Source: a virus (taxonomy: Duplodnaviria > Heunggongvirae > Uroviricota > Caudoviricetes). Taken from it: a stretch of DNA of 64,000 bases. The stretch lies in the IMG/VR virus record IMGVR_UViG_3300031993_004551, positions 1-64,000 of that record. One strand, written 5' to 3'. The notes under the pieces were generated by a model that was not told the origin of the DNA, ran no database searches, and worked only from the letters and a program-made list of their open reading frames with translations. Positions 1-8,964 of this stretch are shown here, in pieces. The position numbers and the translations under genes are program-made. Numbering within the stretch: position 1 is the stretch's first letter; each line of letters begins with the position of its first letter.

Positions 1-96
1 ATGGCCAAGCGTACCGAGAAAGGCCGCGAGGTCGTCTCGGAGAGCGGACAGTTGAGCTACAAGAACTTGGCGTATTATTGCGCATCTAGGTGGTAA
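1..96 (+). CDS. 3' end of an upstream gene (partial, unknown product)
   Basis: Frame-1 ORF runs from the window edge to TAA at 94-96. No recognisable motif. Confidence 0.3.
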   Translation: MAKRTEKGREVVSESGQLSYKNLAYYCASRW

Positions 97-98
97 GT

Positions 99-314
99 AT
101 GAAGAAGCTGATAGCTATTTCGATTTTGGGCATCTTGTTCGTAGGCTGCACGGAACCTACTATTGAGAACGGTTGCCGTGGCGACGTTATTGAAGACAAC
201 AACAAGTGCCTACGTGTCGTTAACGACCGACAGAGGCACCAGATCGACAGCCTGAACTACGAATTGAAGCTTCTGCAGCAGAAGTTCCACTACGAATGCA
301 CCGACCGCAAGTGA
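99..314 (+). CDS. putative lipoprotein (signal peptide + lipobox)
   Basis: MKKLIAISILGILFVGC: hydrophobic signal peptide ending in a Cys lipobox. The track start at 90 is a GTG; ATG at 99 preferred. Confidence 0.45.
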   Translation: MKKLIAISILGILFVGCTEPTIENGCRGDVIEDNNKCLRVVNDRQRHQIDSLNYELKLLQQKFHYECTDRK

Positions 315-317
315 GTC

Positions 318-1655
318 CTATAGCTTGACGTTGGTTTCCAGCCAAGTCGATATCGACTCCCTGCAGTTGCTGATGCAACGGTAGTGGCAGATTTCCTCGT
401 AAGTTGTTTCCGGGACATCGGCCTTCTCGTAGGTTAAACCTAACCGTTCCACCACTATCAGCTTTATCGTGCTGGTCATCGGCTTGTGGTCGGATTCCTT
501 GTAGTCCAGCGATGCGGCCTCGACCATAGAAGGCAGTGCTAGGCACTTGTACCTCACCTTGCCAGCCGACTTGCCGTACTTCCAGTCGAAATACTCGATG
601 TCGACGTTGACCAGTCCGCCCAAGTCCATTCCGCTGACCGGGTGTCCCTCGTACTCGGAGACGCCGAGAATCACGCCGGGGTAGCGGTAGCCGTTGAACT
701 CGACTTGGCTGTTGACGAAAGATGTCACGGCCATATTGTCCTGGATCCACGTCCAGTCGGCCTTCTGGCTATGGAAAGTGGCCTTCCAGTGGTTCTTCTT
801 CACGAGGTCCGGAAGGCTGTCTATTTTCTCCGCCCAGAACAGCTTCTTCTTTTCGGGGTCTTCCTTTGTGCCGACGTATTCGGCCTCGAACTCCTTGTCG
901 CCCATATACTTCCTCATATTCTGTTCGAACGCCTCTTCCTCCTTGGTTGTGGCACGCCAAGTGTTGACGGAGGCGTAGAACGGTATGTCGCAGTTCTTCC
1001 AGTACAGGGTGTTGGCCTCTGAATGTGCGCCGAATATCTGGGCGTTGGCAAGGACGAGGTGGGAACGTGCGCGGTTCTTTATACCCACGAACTCCGACTG
1101 GGTAAGTTCCAGCATCTTCTTGTCGGTCAGCCAGCCGAACTCGTCGATGAAAAGGTAGTCGGACGCGAACCCGGATATGCTTTTCTGGTCTGCCGGACGC
1201 GCTAGGATGGAGCTTCCGTTCTTGAAGGTGACTGTGTGTTCCGTCCAAGTCTTGACGCCGGGCTGGATGGCGTAGGGGAGCCTGATGATGGCCTGTCGGA
1301 TGTGCATCTCGAACTCGGCGTACGCCTGAGCCTTCTTGGGTGCGCAGTAGGTCAGTACCAGATTGGGCGTGAACATCGCCTTCCAAAGGAAATAGGAGAG
1401 CACGATGGTCGTGTAGCCGGACTGTCTGTACCAGTCCGACTTGATGAACCGCTGGTTCTGCAGAACTTCCAGCTCGGCTCGCTGTCTGGGGCTGGGTTTC
1501 AATATGTTGGTGCCGTCCTTGGAAGGCGTTTGCACGAATGAAGTGATGAACAGGTAGGGGTCGTTTTGGCAGAGCTTGAGCGTGTTCCGCTGCTCTTGTG
1601 TGAGTTCGACTACTTCGTCGGCGGATTTCAGGTTTTCTATTCCTCTATATGACAT
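318..1655 (-). CDS. terL: terminase large subunit (T4 gp17-like)
   Basis: RQSGYTTIV resembles gp17 RQMGKTTVV. IRQAIIRLPYAIQPGV...KNGSSI...DYLFIDEFGWL aligns with gp17 TKQAIELLPDFLQPG...DNGSSI...IYIDECAFI (Walker B). C-terminal nuclease-like region. ATG confirmed at 1653-1655. Confidence 0.92.
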   Translation of the reverse strand: MSYRGIENLKSADEVVELTQEQRNTLKLCQNDPYLFITSFVQTPSKDGTNILKPSPRQRAELEVLQNQRFIKSDWYRQSGYTTIVLSYFLWKAMFTPNLVLTYCAPKKAQAYAEFEMHIRQAIIRLPYAIQPGVKTWTEHTVTFKNGSSILARPADQKSISGFASDYLFIDEFGWLTDKKMLELTQSEFVGIKNRARSHLVLANAQIFGAHSEANTLYWKNCDIPFYASVNTWRATTKEEEAFEQNMRKYMGDKEFEAEYVGTKEDPEKKKLFWAEKIDSLPDLVKKNHWKATFHSQKADWTWIQDNMAVTSFVNSQVEFNGYRYPGVILGVSEYEGHPVSGMDLGGLVNVDIEYFDWKYGKSAGKVRYKCLALPSMVEAASLDYKESDHKPMTSTIKLIVVERLGLTYEKADVPETTYEEICHYRCISNCRESISTWLETNVKL

Positions 1656-1753
1656 AGTTTCCTCGGTTGTTTCGTAATCGAAGTTTATATCTCCGTCGGA
1701 TTTTTGAAAATCGCGGTCATTTTTCGAAAACCGAGGTTGATTTTCGGAATTCG

Positions 1754-1765
1754 TTGCTATATTTA
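1754..1765 (+). promoter_or_regulatory. promoter motif TTGCTATATTTA, plus-oriented, 28 nt upstream of the ATG at 1791
   Basis: Variant of the recurrent TTTTTGCTATATTTG element. Preceded by TTTCGAAAA-type palindromic repeats (1700-1750). Confidence 0.45.
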
Positions 1766-1790
1766 AAACAAATCAACAAAAGAGGACTAT

Positions 1791-1985
1791 ATGAACGTAG
1801 AAGAACTGAAAAAGGCAATCAAGGACAAGGTTCCGAACGTAGCAATCGAAGGCATTACCAAGGTCGTCGTCGCGAAGAAAAAGAAGCGCGGCGGCTACAG
1901 CATCTATCCGTGCGTGACCGAAGCTAATCTGGTCAATATCCCGCTTCTCGGCGGAGACTGTCTGGCCATCGTGTTCGAAGACTAG
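1791..1985 (+). CDS. hypothetical small protein (64 aa)
   Basis: ORF preceded by the promoter motif. Lys-rich. Confidence 0.4.
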   Translation: MNVEELKKAIKDKVPNVAIEGITKVVVAKKKKRGGYSIYPCVTEANLVNIPLLGGDCLAIVFED

Positions 1986-1988
1986 CCT

Positions 1989-2489
1989 ATGCGTAAACAG
2001 AGCAAACTCGAATTCTACCGTACCGTGACCGCAGTCTCGGTTCCGGTGTACAAGTACAGGTTTCCGAAGTCTGTGCTGAAGTACAAGTCGAAGGAGTATT
2101 ACGGCCAATGGAACTGGTATTGGGACCGTGACCTTCCGAAGAAGTCGGTGGACGACCTCCTGTCCAAGATCGCCGCCACGCTGACACAGACGACCTACGG
2201 TGTAGTGTTAGTCACTCGTCAAGGAAACGAGACCAGTTACAAGATTCCATACAAGGTCGTGTTCAAGGACAACCTTGTCAGGATTTACACGACACGGTAC
2301 CAGTTCATCAAGTCGCAGACCGGCAAGACTATCCTCACGACGCGCAAGGTGTATTTCTCGCCCACGCCGCATTTCGAGTGGGACTTCATTACATTGCGCG
2401 ACTTCAAGCAAGTCTTGTACTACTACGCATCGGACTGTGGATGCAAGAAGGCCAAAAAGCTTAGTGACAAGCTGACTGGTAATGGGTAA
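1989..2489 (+). CDS. hypothetical protein (166 aa)
   Basis: ORF tightly packed after the previous gene (3-nt spacer). No recognisable domain. Confidence 0.5.
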   Translation: MRKQSKLEFYRTVTAVSVPVYKYRFPKSVLKYKSKEYYGQWNWYWDRDLPKKSVDDLLSKIAATLTQTTYGVVLVTRQGNETSYKIPYKVVFKDNLVRIYTTRYQFIKSQTGKTILTTRKVYFSPTPHFEWDFITLRDFKQVLYYYASDCGCKKAKKLSDKLTGNG

Positions 2490-2865
2490 CCTACTTACTT
2501 TTGGAGAAAAAATGAGAGACTATATGGTACCTCCCTCGAAGGCCGAAGACCGTCGCGACAATCTATTGTGGATATCGGTTTTCTGGCCTATGCTTGCTGC
2601 GTACGTAGGATTGTTCTATCTGTTCTGGGTGGATAAGTTTAACCGATCGGTCGACCTGTTGTCGATTATGGGAAGTGTCGGCGTCGCCATCCTAGGTATG
2701 GTGCCGGTCGTATTCTTTTGGTTTATTTTTATCGTATATCCAGAGGTTAGAGACTGCCACTCGGAATACAATGACTGGAATTTCTACTGGTCGCACATCT
2801 TCGGTATCAACTTCTTTCCGTTAGCCGGTCTGTGCTGTTTTATCGGTTACAAGATATTCTGCTAG
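2482..2865 (+). CDS. hypothetical membrane protein (3-4 TM segments)
   Basis: Hydrophobic segments LLWISVFWPMLAAYVGLFYLFWV and VGVAILGMVPVVFFWFIFIV. Confidence 0.5.
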   Translation: MGNLLTFGEKMRDYMVPPSKAEDRRDNLLWISVFWPMLAAYVGLFYLFWVDKFNRSVDLLSIMGSVGVAILGMVPVVFFWFIFIVYPEVRDCHSEYNDWNFYWSHIFGINFFPLAGLCCFIGYKIFC

Positions 2866-3065
2866 GTTTTTTATAACATAGCGACGAGAAAACTCACCCA
2901 TCTTTAGTGGGTGAGATGAAAGCCGCTTGACGATTTTCGGAAAATTTGCTACATATATAAACTGATATACGAAGGCAACTCGCACTTGTCGTCGTGGGAA
3001 AGTTTAAGATGTACTTAGGTACATTGTGTCCTACCGGAAGTGCGAGTTCCGGTAGGATTTTTCGT

Positions 3066-4337
3066 ATGATAGTCAAGAAAGGCATAGAAATCAAGCTATA
3101 TCCGAACAAGGCGCAGAAGGTATTCTTTGCGAAGACCTTCGGTTGCTGTCGTTTCGTGTATAACCAGTGCCTTAAAATCAAGTCATATATCTACGAAGAG
3201 ACCAAGATGTCCTTCCAGCCGAAATTGAAGTCGTTTAAGGAAGAATGGGAATGGCTCAAGGAAGCCGACTCGCAAGGACTGGCTAATGCCTATATGGATA
3301 TGAACCAAGCCTACCAGAACTTCTTTACTGGTAAATCCAATTATCCGAGGTACAAGTCCAAGAAGGACAAGCAGAGCTACCGGAATGCTATGTGCCACAA
3401 GGATATTAAGAAACTAATTGTTGGCAATTCTATTGTACTGCCGAAGGTTGGTGCGGTCAAGTGCCGTTTCGGCAAGACATTCGAACACGAAAACATCGTT
3501 AAAATTTACAATGTTACAATCAAGAAAAGCAAGAAAGGCGACTATTATTGCTCAATATGTTGTGATGTTGATGTGCCGGAAATGGAACATACTGGCGAAT
3601 GCGTAGGACTCGACCTCGGCATCAAGTCGTCCATCGTGATGTCCAACGGAGAAGTGATTAAGAATCCACATTTCGATAAGAAGTCGGAACGAAAGATTAG
3701 GCATTTGCAGAGGAAACTCGCAAAGGCGAAGAAAGGCGGCAGTCGATACGAGAAAGTCCGTATTCAACTGGCCGCAGCCTATGAAAAACTGGGTAACAGA
3801 AGGAAAAACTTCCTTCATCAAGTATCGCACAGATTAGTCCGTGACTACGATATCATCTGTATGGAGAACCTTAACATAAAGGGAATGCAGAAAAACCATT
3901 GTCTTGCTGGCGCGTTGGCCAATCAGGCACTCGGTACACTAACTAAGATGATAGAGTACAAAGCTCAATGGCATAACCGTACGGTCGTTAAGGTAGGACG
4001 GTTCTTCCCCAGTTCGCAACTATGCAACAACTGTGGGCATAGATACCATACATTGAAACTTAGCGAACGCGAGTGGATATGTCCAGACTGTGGTAGCGTA
4101 ATAGATAGGGACTGGAATGCCGCCAAGAACATACTTGATGAAGGTCTTAGAATACTAGATAATGAAGGTACCCCGCGAACCGGGGAAGCCGTGGTCTTGC
4201 GACCGCTATGCCTTGCGGAGAACCCAACTGTGGATGAACGTCCTTGTGACCTAAAAAGCAGTGGTGCTATGATGCGGGAAATTCAACTGGTTGCATCGGT
4301 GGTTAACGAAACCCACCGGTCTTTAGCCGGTGGGTAG
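3066..4337 (+). CDS. tnpB: TnpB (IS605 OrfB-family RNA-guided nuclease)
   Basis: LYPNKAQ...GCCRFVYNQ N-terminus. RuvC-I GLDLGIKS. Zn finger CNNCGH...WICPDCGSVIDRDWNAAKNIL. Start moved to ATG 3066 (MIVKKGIEIKLYP). Confidence 0.85.
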   Translation: MIVKKGIEIKLYPNKAQKVFFAKTFGCCRFVYNQCLKIKSYIYEETKMSFQPKLKSFKEEWEWLKEADSQGLANAYMDMNQAYQNFFTGKSNYPRYKSKKDKQSYRNAMCHKDIKKLIVGNSIVLPKVGAVKCRFGKTFEHENIVKIYNVTIKKSKKGDYYCSICCDVDVPEMEHTGECVGLDLGIKSSIVMSNGEVIKNPHFDKKSERKIRHLQRKLAKAKKGGSRYEKVRIQLAAAYEKLGNRRKNFLHQVSHRLVRDYDIICMENLNIKGMQKNHCLAGALANQALGTLTKMIEYKAQWHNRTVVKVGRFFPSSQLCNNCGHRYHTLKLSEREWICPDCGSVIDRDWNAAKNILDEGLRILDNEGTPRTGEAVVLRPLCLAENPTVDERPCDLKSSGAMMREIQLVASVVNETHRSLAGG

Positions 4338-4532
4338 TTCATGCCTTGCTTTCATCCGGTTTCTTCCGGGCGGCCGCGAAGTATGTGCAGCCGTCGTCGT
4401 CCATGCAGTCCTCGTACTGCTGAGCGCGGTCCATTGCGGAAAGGAGGGTCGCACACGGCTGGACCATCTTGGTTTCCCCGGTATTTGTGTTACGACGGAA
4501 CACTCCGTACGGCTTTTCTTCTATAGTGCTCA
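4150..4532 (+). ncRNA. putative TnpB omega-RNA/RE region overlapping the tnpB 3' end
   Basis: In TnpB systems the omega-RNA is established to overlap the 3' end of tnpB. Hairpins seen here (ACCGGTCTTTAGCCGGTGGGT). No confident downstream ORF. Confidence 0.35.
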
Positions 4533-4931
4533 TTAGTGCAGTTCCTTAAGGTGAGGTTTTAAAACAGATATGAAGCTTTTGTATTGCTGTTCAGTCATCG
4601 ATGTCTTATGCATCTCGACCAAAGTATAAGCTTCAATAAATTTTGCCTTCGCCATATGGTTGTATGGCGCACAAAATGCCATAAAATAGATAGCTAAAGA
4701 CAACACAAGAATACCACCACCACTTAATGCCCAATTATAATATCCGCCCTGTTGATTAGAAAGTTGCGATGGTGATTTCCGAATATACAAGACGGCTGCC
4801 ATTACAATAAAAACAATTCCAATTGAAGTCAGAATTATTAAAAATATCGTTAGTGCCGTTTCAACACTATTGTAATTGTATGCTGTTTCAATACAATAAG
4901 TTATTTTATTGATGATATCATTAGACAGCAT
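4533..4931 (-). CDS. hypothetical membrane protein (2 TM)
   Basis: TALTIFLIILTSIGIVFIVMAAVLYI and ILVLSLAIYFMAFCAPY hydrophobic segments. Confidence 0.5.
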   Translation of the reverse strand: MLSNDIINKITYCIETAYNYNSVETALTIFLIILTSIGIVFIVMAAVLYIRKSPSQLSNQQGGYYNWALSGGGILVLSLAIYFMAFCAPYNHMAKAKFIEAYTLVEMHKTSMTEQQYKSFISVLKPHLKELH

Positions 4932-4933
4932 AA

Positions 4934-5530
4934 TTAAGTTTCCTCTTTAGGTTGATTGTCGATGGCAAATACCTTGAGCTTCTTGAGAATTTCAATCGCA
5001 TACGGAAGCCCACCAAGTTCGGGAAGCGTCTTGAGATACTCCATATTCCGCTCACACGCAACGATTACAGCTGGAAGTAGCGCTAACGCATTCTTGGTAA
5101 TCGATGCCTCGGCCATCTTAGAATAGTCGACATGTATCGGAGGAACATTGATTCCACGCTCGGCATTGAATACATCGATGATTTTCTGTTTGTATTCCTT
5201 ATCAGCGTTAGGTTCCGGAAAAATGTGGTAAACTCCCTCATCGTCCAGCTTAACCTGATAGGAACTACCGTCGACCGTTACAAGTCCGCGCCGCTTGTCC
5301 AACGGGGGAAGCTCGATTTTTCCAGCCAAACGGATGATATCGGCTGCCCTGTCAAGCATCCGGCACTTGTACTTGGTTTCCATAAACCCTCTTAGGGTTT
5401 CATCATCCATCAGCTTAAACTTTTTGTGGTTGAGCGTCTGAATCGCATACGCAAAGATATTTGGCCCTTCAACAGGGATATTCGAAGCGTCATCAACCAT
5501 TGGACTTATATTAGAGGCGTCATCAGCCAT
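4934..5530 (-). CDS. hypothetical protein with N-terminal tandem 10-aa repeat
   Basis: ORF runs to 5569. Starting at ATG 5530 avoids a 46-nt overlap with the upstream gene (start uncertain). PMADDASNIS/PMVDDASNIP is encoded by a 30-bp tandem repeat. Confidence 0.45.
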   Translation of the reverse strand: MADDASNISPMVDDASNIPVEGPNIFAYAIQTLNHKKFKLMDDETLRGFMETKYKCRMLDRAADIIRLAGKIELPPLDKRRGLVTVDGSSYQVKLDDEGVYHIFPEPNADKEYKQKIIDVFNAERGINVPPIHVDYSKMAEASITKNALALLPAVIVACERNMEYLKTLPELGGLPYAIEILKKLKVFAIDNQPKEET

Positions 5531-6530
5531 TGGATTTATTCTCCCTATTAGCAGCGCGGCACACCGCACAGTCGAATGTTGCGGTCACCTTGATTGGATG
5601 GAACATCAGGATTTTGTAAGTGTCCGGCAACCCTTCGATATTCCCGTGGGAATCGAACTTGCACTTCAAGGAGATGAGCAACGGGACATCATCGATGTTG
5701 TCGCCGCACCATATGATAGCCCGGCCATAGAAATGTATGTTTTCTACGCCAGGGTCGGACATCTGATACGGGACTACATGCTTGGTATAGTCATTGAGCG
5801 CAAATTCATGCACATCACCAATGTCGATTGAGCATTTCTTGTCACGAAGGGCTTCTTTCGGAATGGAATAAATTAAAGAATCTTTCGGAATGGAATAAAT
5901 TAAATCTTCGTAATACCTGTACGAATCGCTCACCGTTTCGTTTTGCTTCAACGGAAGAGCATACCACGGCTTCTTCCCGTTAGTGAACATTTTAGCACTA
6001 ATTATTCCCTGTTCAGGGGCGACTTCGGTAAGCCTTCCATTAACAATTTTAGGAGGAATCTTCCTGAAATATGCATACGGGGCTACCAACTTGGAAACAT
6101 TGTCCGCCGTCGCCTGTACCCAGTACGCAAGCTTAAATGCCCGAAGCGCCTGTTTAAGCGTCTTCAGTTCTTCAAGATATGGCTTACGAGCTTCAAGATA
6201 GAAGTTCTTAACCTGGGTTCTAGCCGGAAGCAAAGACTCCACCTTGTCCTTACCGAGCGAAGCTTCCCAGATAGTCTTCCCGGTCTTTTCACGGATAGCC
6301 CGTCGGTCGTCAAATGTAATTAAAGTATACACCGTATTGGAGCTTTTGTATGCCACCTTCAGGAGAGAGAGATTGGCGTTAACTTCGTCGATTCGCTTGC
6401 CGCACTTGTCTATGTAAGTAGGAATACTCCAATATGAATGCCCGTTGAACAAGAAACCAGAGTTGGTATGCTGTTCAGTCTTGATTTTCTGGATTATATT
6501 ATCCAGCTCTTTAAAGTTAGTAATTTTCAT
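5523..6530 (-). CDS. hypothetical protein (335 aa) with internal 9-aa tandem duplication
   Basis: Long ORF. DLIYSIPKDS-LIYSIPKEA is encoded by a perfect 24-nt repeat spaced 27 bp (5854-5904). Confidence 0.55.
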   Translation of the reverse strand: MKITNFKELDNIIQKIKTEQHTNSGFLFNGHSYWSIPTYIDKCGKRIDEVNANLSLLKVAYKSSNTVYTLITFDDRRAIREKTGKTIWEASLGKDKVESLLPARTQVKNFYLEARKPYLEELKTLKQALRAFKLAYWVQATADNVSKLVAPYAYFRKIPPKIVNGRLTEVAPEQGIISAKMFTNGKKPWYALPLKQNETVSDSYRYYEDLIYSIPKDSLIYSIPKEALRDKKCSIDIGDVHEFALNDYTKHVVPYQMSDPGVENIHFYGRAIIWCGDNIDDVPLLISLKCKFDSHGNIEGLPDTYKILMFHPIKVTATFDCAVCRAANRENKSNG

Positions 6531-6826
6531 TTTGCTTTCTCCATTAGTCGGCTAGCATTCTTCAGGATTTCGGTACCTACCGAGTCCATCCAATGTCGGA
6601 GTTCGATTTCATTCCGTTCAGTACCGCGCGGGATATTCTTGAATTTCACCGTAATATCATCGCACATGTGTATCCGGGAGGTTGCGTTATAGTAACAGTA
6701 TTCTATCTGTACGGAGGAGTCACGGCTGAATGCACCGAGCTGTATAGCGACTATTATCAACGCGGTAAGCCCGAAGCCCCACTTAAACAAAAACCCGATA
6801 ATCTTCAAAATAGTGTCTGTATTCAT
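6527..6826 (-). CDS. small membrane protein (99 aa)
   Basis: TM segment ILKIIGFLFKWGFGLTALIIVAI. Promoter motif lies 7 nt upstream. Confidence 0.5.
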   Translation of the reverse strand: MNTDTILKIIGFLFKWGFGLTALIIVAIQLGAFSRDSSVQIEYCYYNATSRIHMCDDITVKFKNIPRGTERNEIELRHWMDSVGTEILKNASRLMEKAK

Positions 6827-6833
6827 GATACTA

Positions 6834-6848
6834 CAAATATAGCAAAAA
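6834..6848 (-). promoter_or_regulatory. promoter motif (minus-oriented TTTTTGCTATATTTG) 7 nt upstream of the ATG at 6826
   Basis: Plus-strand text CAAATATAGCAAAAA. Confidence 0.5.
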
Positions 6849-6864
6849 CGATAAACACCTGATT

Positions 6865-7566
6865 ATGAAAGGCGACAAACTAGACTGCATAGTATCTCTC
6901 ACATCGTGGAAAGGACGGATATACACCGAATCGGTCCCGCTTCACCTATATTGCTTGACCCACCAGAAAACCTCATACAATTACAAGGTGGTGCTCGTCC
7001 TGTCCGACGAGGAATTCCCGGGGAAGGAAAAGGACATCCCCAAGACGATATTCGCGATGAGCAAGATGTTCCCGAACTTCGAGATTCTCTGGACCCACAA
7101 GAACACCCGGGCGCTGAAGAAGCTAGACCCGACGATGAAGCGATACCCGACGGTACCGATTATTACGACGGACGACGACATAATGGTACAGGAGAATTTC
7201 GTACAGTGCTTCATGGATTGCCACCGGAGGAACCCGAAGCACATCATCTATGCCCACATGTTCGACTTCCCGGGGAACCACGCCATAAAGGTTTCCGGAT
7301 GGGGACGGCTGTTCCCGCCGCTATCGCTATGCCCGCTCGACAACAAGTACTTCGACACCATATTCAAGGGGCTGGAGGACGATGTGTGGAACGGAATCCG
7401 CGCGTGGCTCGCCGGAACACCTATAATGAAGCTCGGGGCGTGGCCATTCGTGGAGCAGAAGGAAATCGGTAACACCGCGTTCTACCGCCAGTACTCCAAG
7501 GTAGACCCCGTGGCTTGCTACAATCGACTGATGGCGGAGCTTGCAAAGAAAAAATCCAAGGCATAA
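6865..7566 (+). CDS. putative glycosyltransferase (DxD-type)
   Basis: VVLVLSDEEF...PIITTDDDIMV has a GT-A-like DxD signature. Weak. Confidence 0.4.
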   Translation: MKGDKLDCIVSLTSWKGRIYTESVPLHLYCLTHQKTSYNYKVVLVLSDEEFPGKEKDIPKTIFAMSKMFPNFEILWTHKNTRALKKLDPTMKRYPTVPIITTDDDIMVQENFVQCFMDCHRRNPKHIIYAHMFDFPGNHAIKVSGWGRLFPPLSLCPLDNKYFDTIFKGLEDDVWNGIRAWLAGTPIMKLGAWPFVEQKEIGNTAFYRQYSKVDPVACYNRLMAELAKKKSKA

Positions 7567-7580
7567 AGCCTTGGATTCTT
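7555..7580 (+). terminator. intrinsic terminator hairpin after the gene at 6865-7566
   Basis: TCCAAGGC-ATAAA-GCCTTGGA is a perfect 8-bp stem, followed by TTCTT. Confidence 0.45.
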
Positions 7581-7653
7581 ACCCCTTTACAAAAAATATG
7601 GAATCATACCGTTGCCGGGACGCTTCCACTAACAAAAAGGAGGGTTAAGCTTA

Positions 7654-8934
7654 TTATTTAGCAGATAGCTTTTCGGTCAAGTTCATAAGCATATTCAAGC
7701 CTACGGCATCCATTGCGGTACCGGCGCCACCCTTAGAATCGCCACCGGTCATCATGATTTCCGGGACGAGCGGATGTGCGGACTTGGCGAGAGCTTCAGC
7801 AACGCCGACCTTGGTCTTGTAGTCCCATTCGGCGCGTTCCTGCGGGGTCAAACCAGCACTGACGAGAGCCCTGTTGGCTGCTGCTTCAGCTTCCTTCTCT
7901 GCCTTGATTTTCTTAGCGACTTCGAGAGCTCTCAGAGCTTCGAGACGGGCAACTTCCTGTTCCTTCTGAGCCTGGAGGACCGCCACATCGCGTTCCTTTT
8001 CAGCCTGGGTAACAGCCTTGATTTTTTCGACTTCCTGGTCAGCCTTTGCCTGAGCGATACGGGCCTTACCTTCAGCTTCGGCGGTAACGGCAGCCTGTTT
8101 TGCGGTTTCTGCCGCAGTAGCATTAGAAACACGCTTCATTTCGCGGTCCTTCACGATATCGAGCTGCTGCTGGGCCTTCTGGTCTAGACGGACATTCTGG
8201 ATTTCGAACTGGACAACCTTGATGCCATACTGGCGGAGCGCTGACGGCTTCGTGATAATACGGTTGCTGTTCTTATCGAGCTTCAACTTGGTGACTTTGT
8301 ATTCTTGCGTTTCAGCCTTCTTAATAATCTTTCCTTCGGCATTATATTCATCGTCACCGGCCTTTTCAGTAAGCACTTCGATTGCGGTAAGGTATTCGCC
8401 TTCGGTAAGCTGGTCTTCAGCAAGACGGCGGAATTCGGCAATCTTGGTAACCTTGGCTTCTTCGGCTGTGAAAAGCGGTGCGGTTTTTCTAACGGCCGAA
8501 AGCACGGAGTTTCTGATGAGGTCGTGCTTGAGCTTCTTGTCGGAGCGCTGTTCACGATGGATTTTCACTAGGTCTTCACAGTCAGACGGCAACTGGTACT
8601 TGAGGTAGCCACTGATTTCTGCGTTGGCGTTACGCGACAAAGTGACCGAGATGTCGTCTTCGTCATCGTCACCGCCTTCCCATCCTTCGCCCTTCACCTT
8701 TTCGGACGAAGAGTTGAAGTAGAAGTCCTTGGTGCGGTCATAGGAATAGATGCTTGCAAAACCCTTGAAGTAGAAACCGGCGTGGTCGATGCAGGACATC
8801 GTTCCGAACGGAGACTGCTTGACGAGAAGCTGTGTGGCACTATTATAGCCGATGCAGCACTTGAGCAAAATCAAGACAATGATTACGATACCGGCGAAAA
8901 TGATGTACTTAGAGTGCGATTTGATGTTTGCCAT
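7654..8934 (-). CDS. SPFH/band-7 (flotillin/stomatin-like) membrane protein
   Basis: N-terminal TM (IIFAGIVIIVLILL). Long Ala/Glu/Lys-rich coiled coil (AEAEGKARIAQAKADQEVEKIKAVTQAEKERDVAVLQAQKEQEVARLEA) typical of the flotillin C-terminus. Confidence 0.65.
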   Translation of the reverse strand: MANIKSHSKYIIFAGIVIIVLILLKCCIGYNSATQLLVKQSPFGTMSCIDHAGFYFKGFASIYSYDRTKDFYFNSSSEKVKGEGWEGGDDDEDDISVTLSRNANAEISGYLKYQLPSDCEDLVKIHREQRSDKKLKHDLIRNSVLSAVRKTAPLFTAEEAKVTKIAEFRRLAEDQLTEGEYLTAIEVLTEKAGDDEYNAEGKIIKKAETQEYKVTKLKLDKNSNRIITKPSALRQYGIKVVQFEIQNVRLDQKAQQQLDIVKDREMKRVSNATAAETAKQAAVTAEAEGKARIAQAKADQEVEKIKAVTQAEKERDVAVLQAQKEQEVARLEALRALEVAKKIKAEKEAEAAANRALVSAGLTPQERAEWDYKTKVGVAEALAKSAHPLVPEIMMTGGDSKGGAGTAMDAVGLNMLMNLTEKLSAK

Positions 8935-8964
8935 TTTGTTTTGTTTCCTTGTTTGGATGTTTTG

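Larger units (their letters stand above)
2866..4532 (+). mobile_element. IS200/IS605-family tnpB-only element (LE hairpins, tnpB, 3' omega-RNA/RE region)
   Basis: Noncoding 5' region with perfect hairpins (CTCACCCATCTTTAGTGGGTGAG at 2893-2916; TCCTACCGGAAGTGCGAGTTCCGGTAGGA at 3028-3056). TnpB ORF reads through a hairpin-rich 3' region to 4337. The following ~200 bp is noncoding before the next gene. Confidence 0.55.

Noticed and set aside
220-1386. Long antisense ORFs (220-750, 769-1386) overlapping the terminase gene. The same pattern occurs at 36032-37324 and 37359-38642 opposite pncB and rnl, at 50147-51133 opposite the metallophosphoesterase, at 25390-26274 and 26618-27787 opposite glf and its neighbour, and at 22532-23269, 14034-14576 and 35091-35699.
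   Set aside because: Each lies wholly inside a longer ORF on the other strand that has strong homology motifs. The antisense translations are Arg/Gly/Pro-rich low-complexity text typical of GC-rich codon third positions, not proteins.
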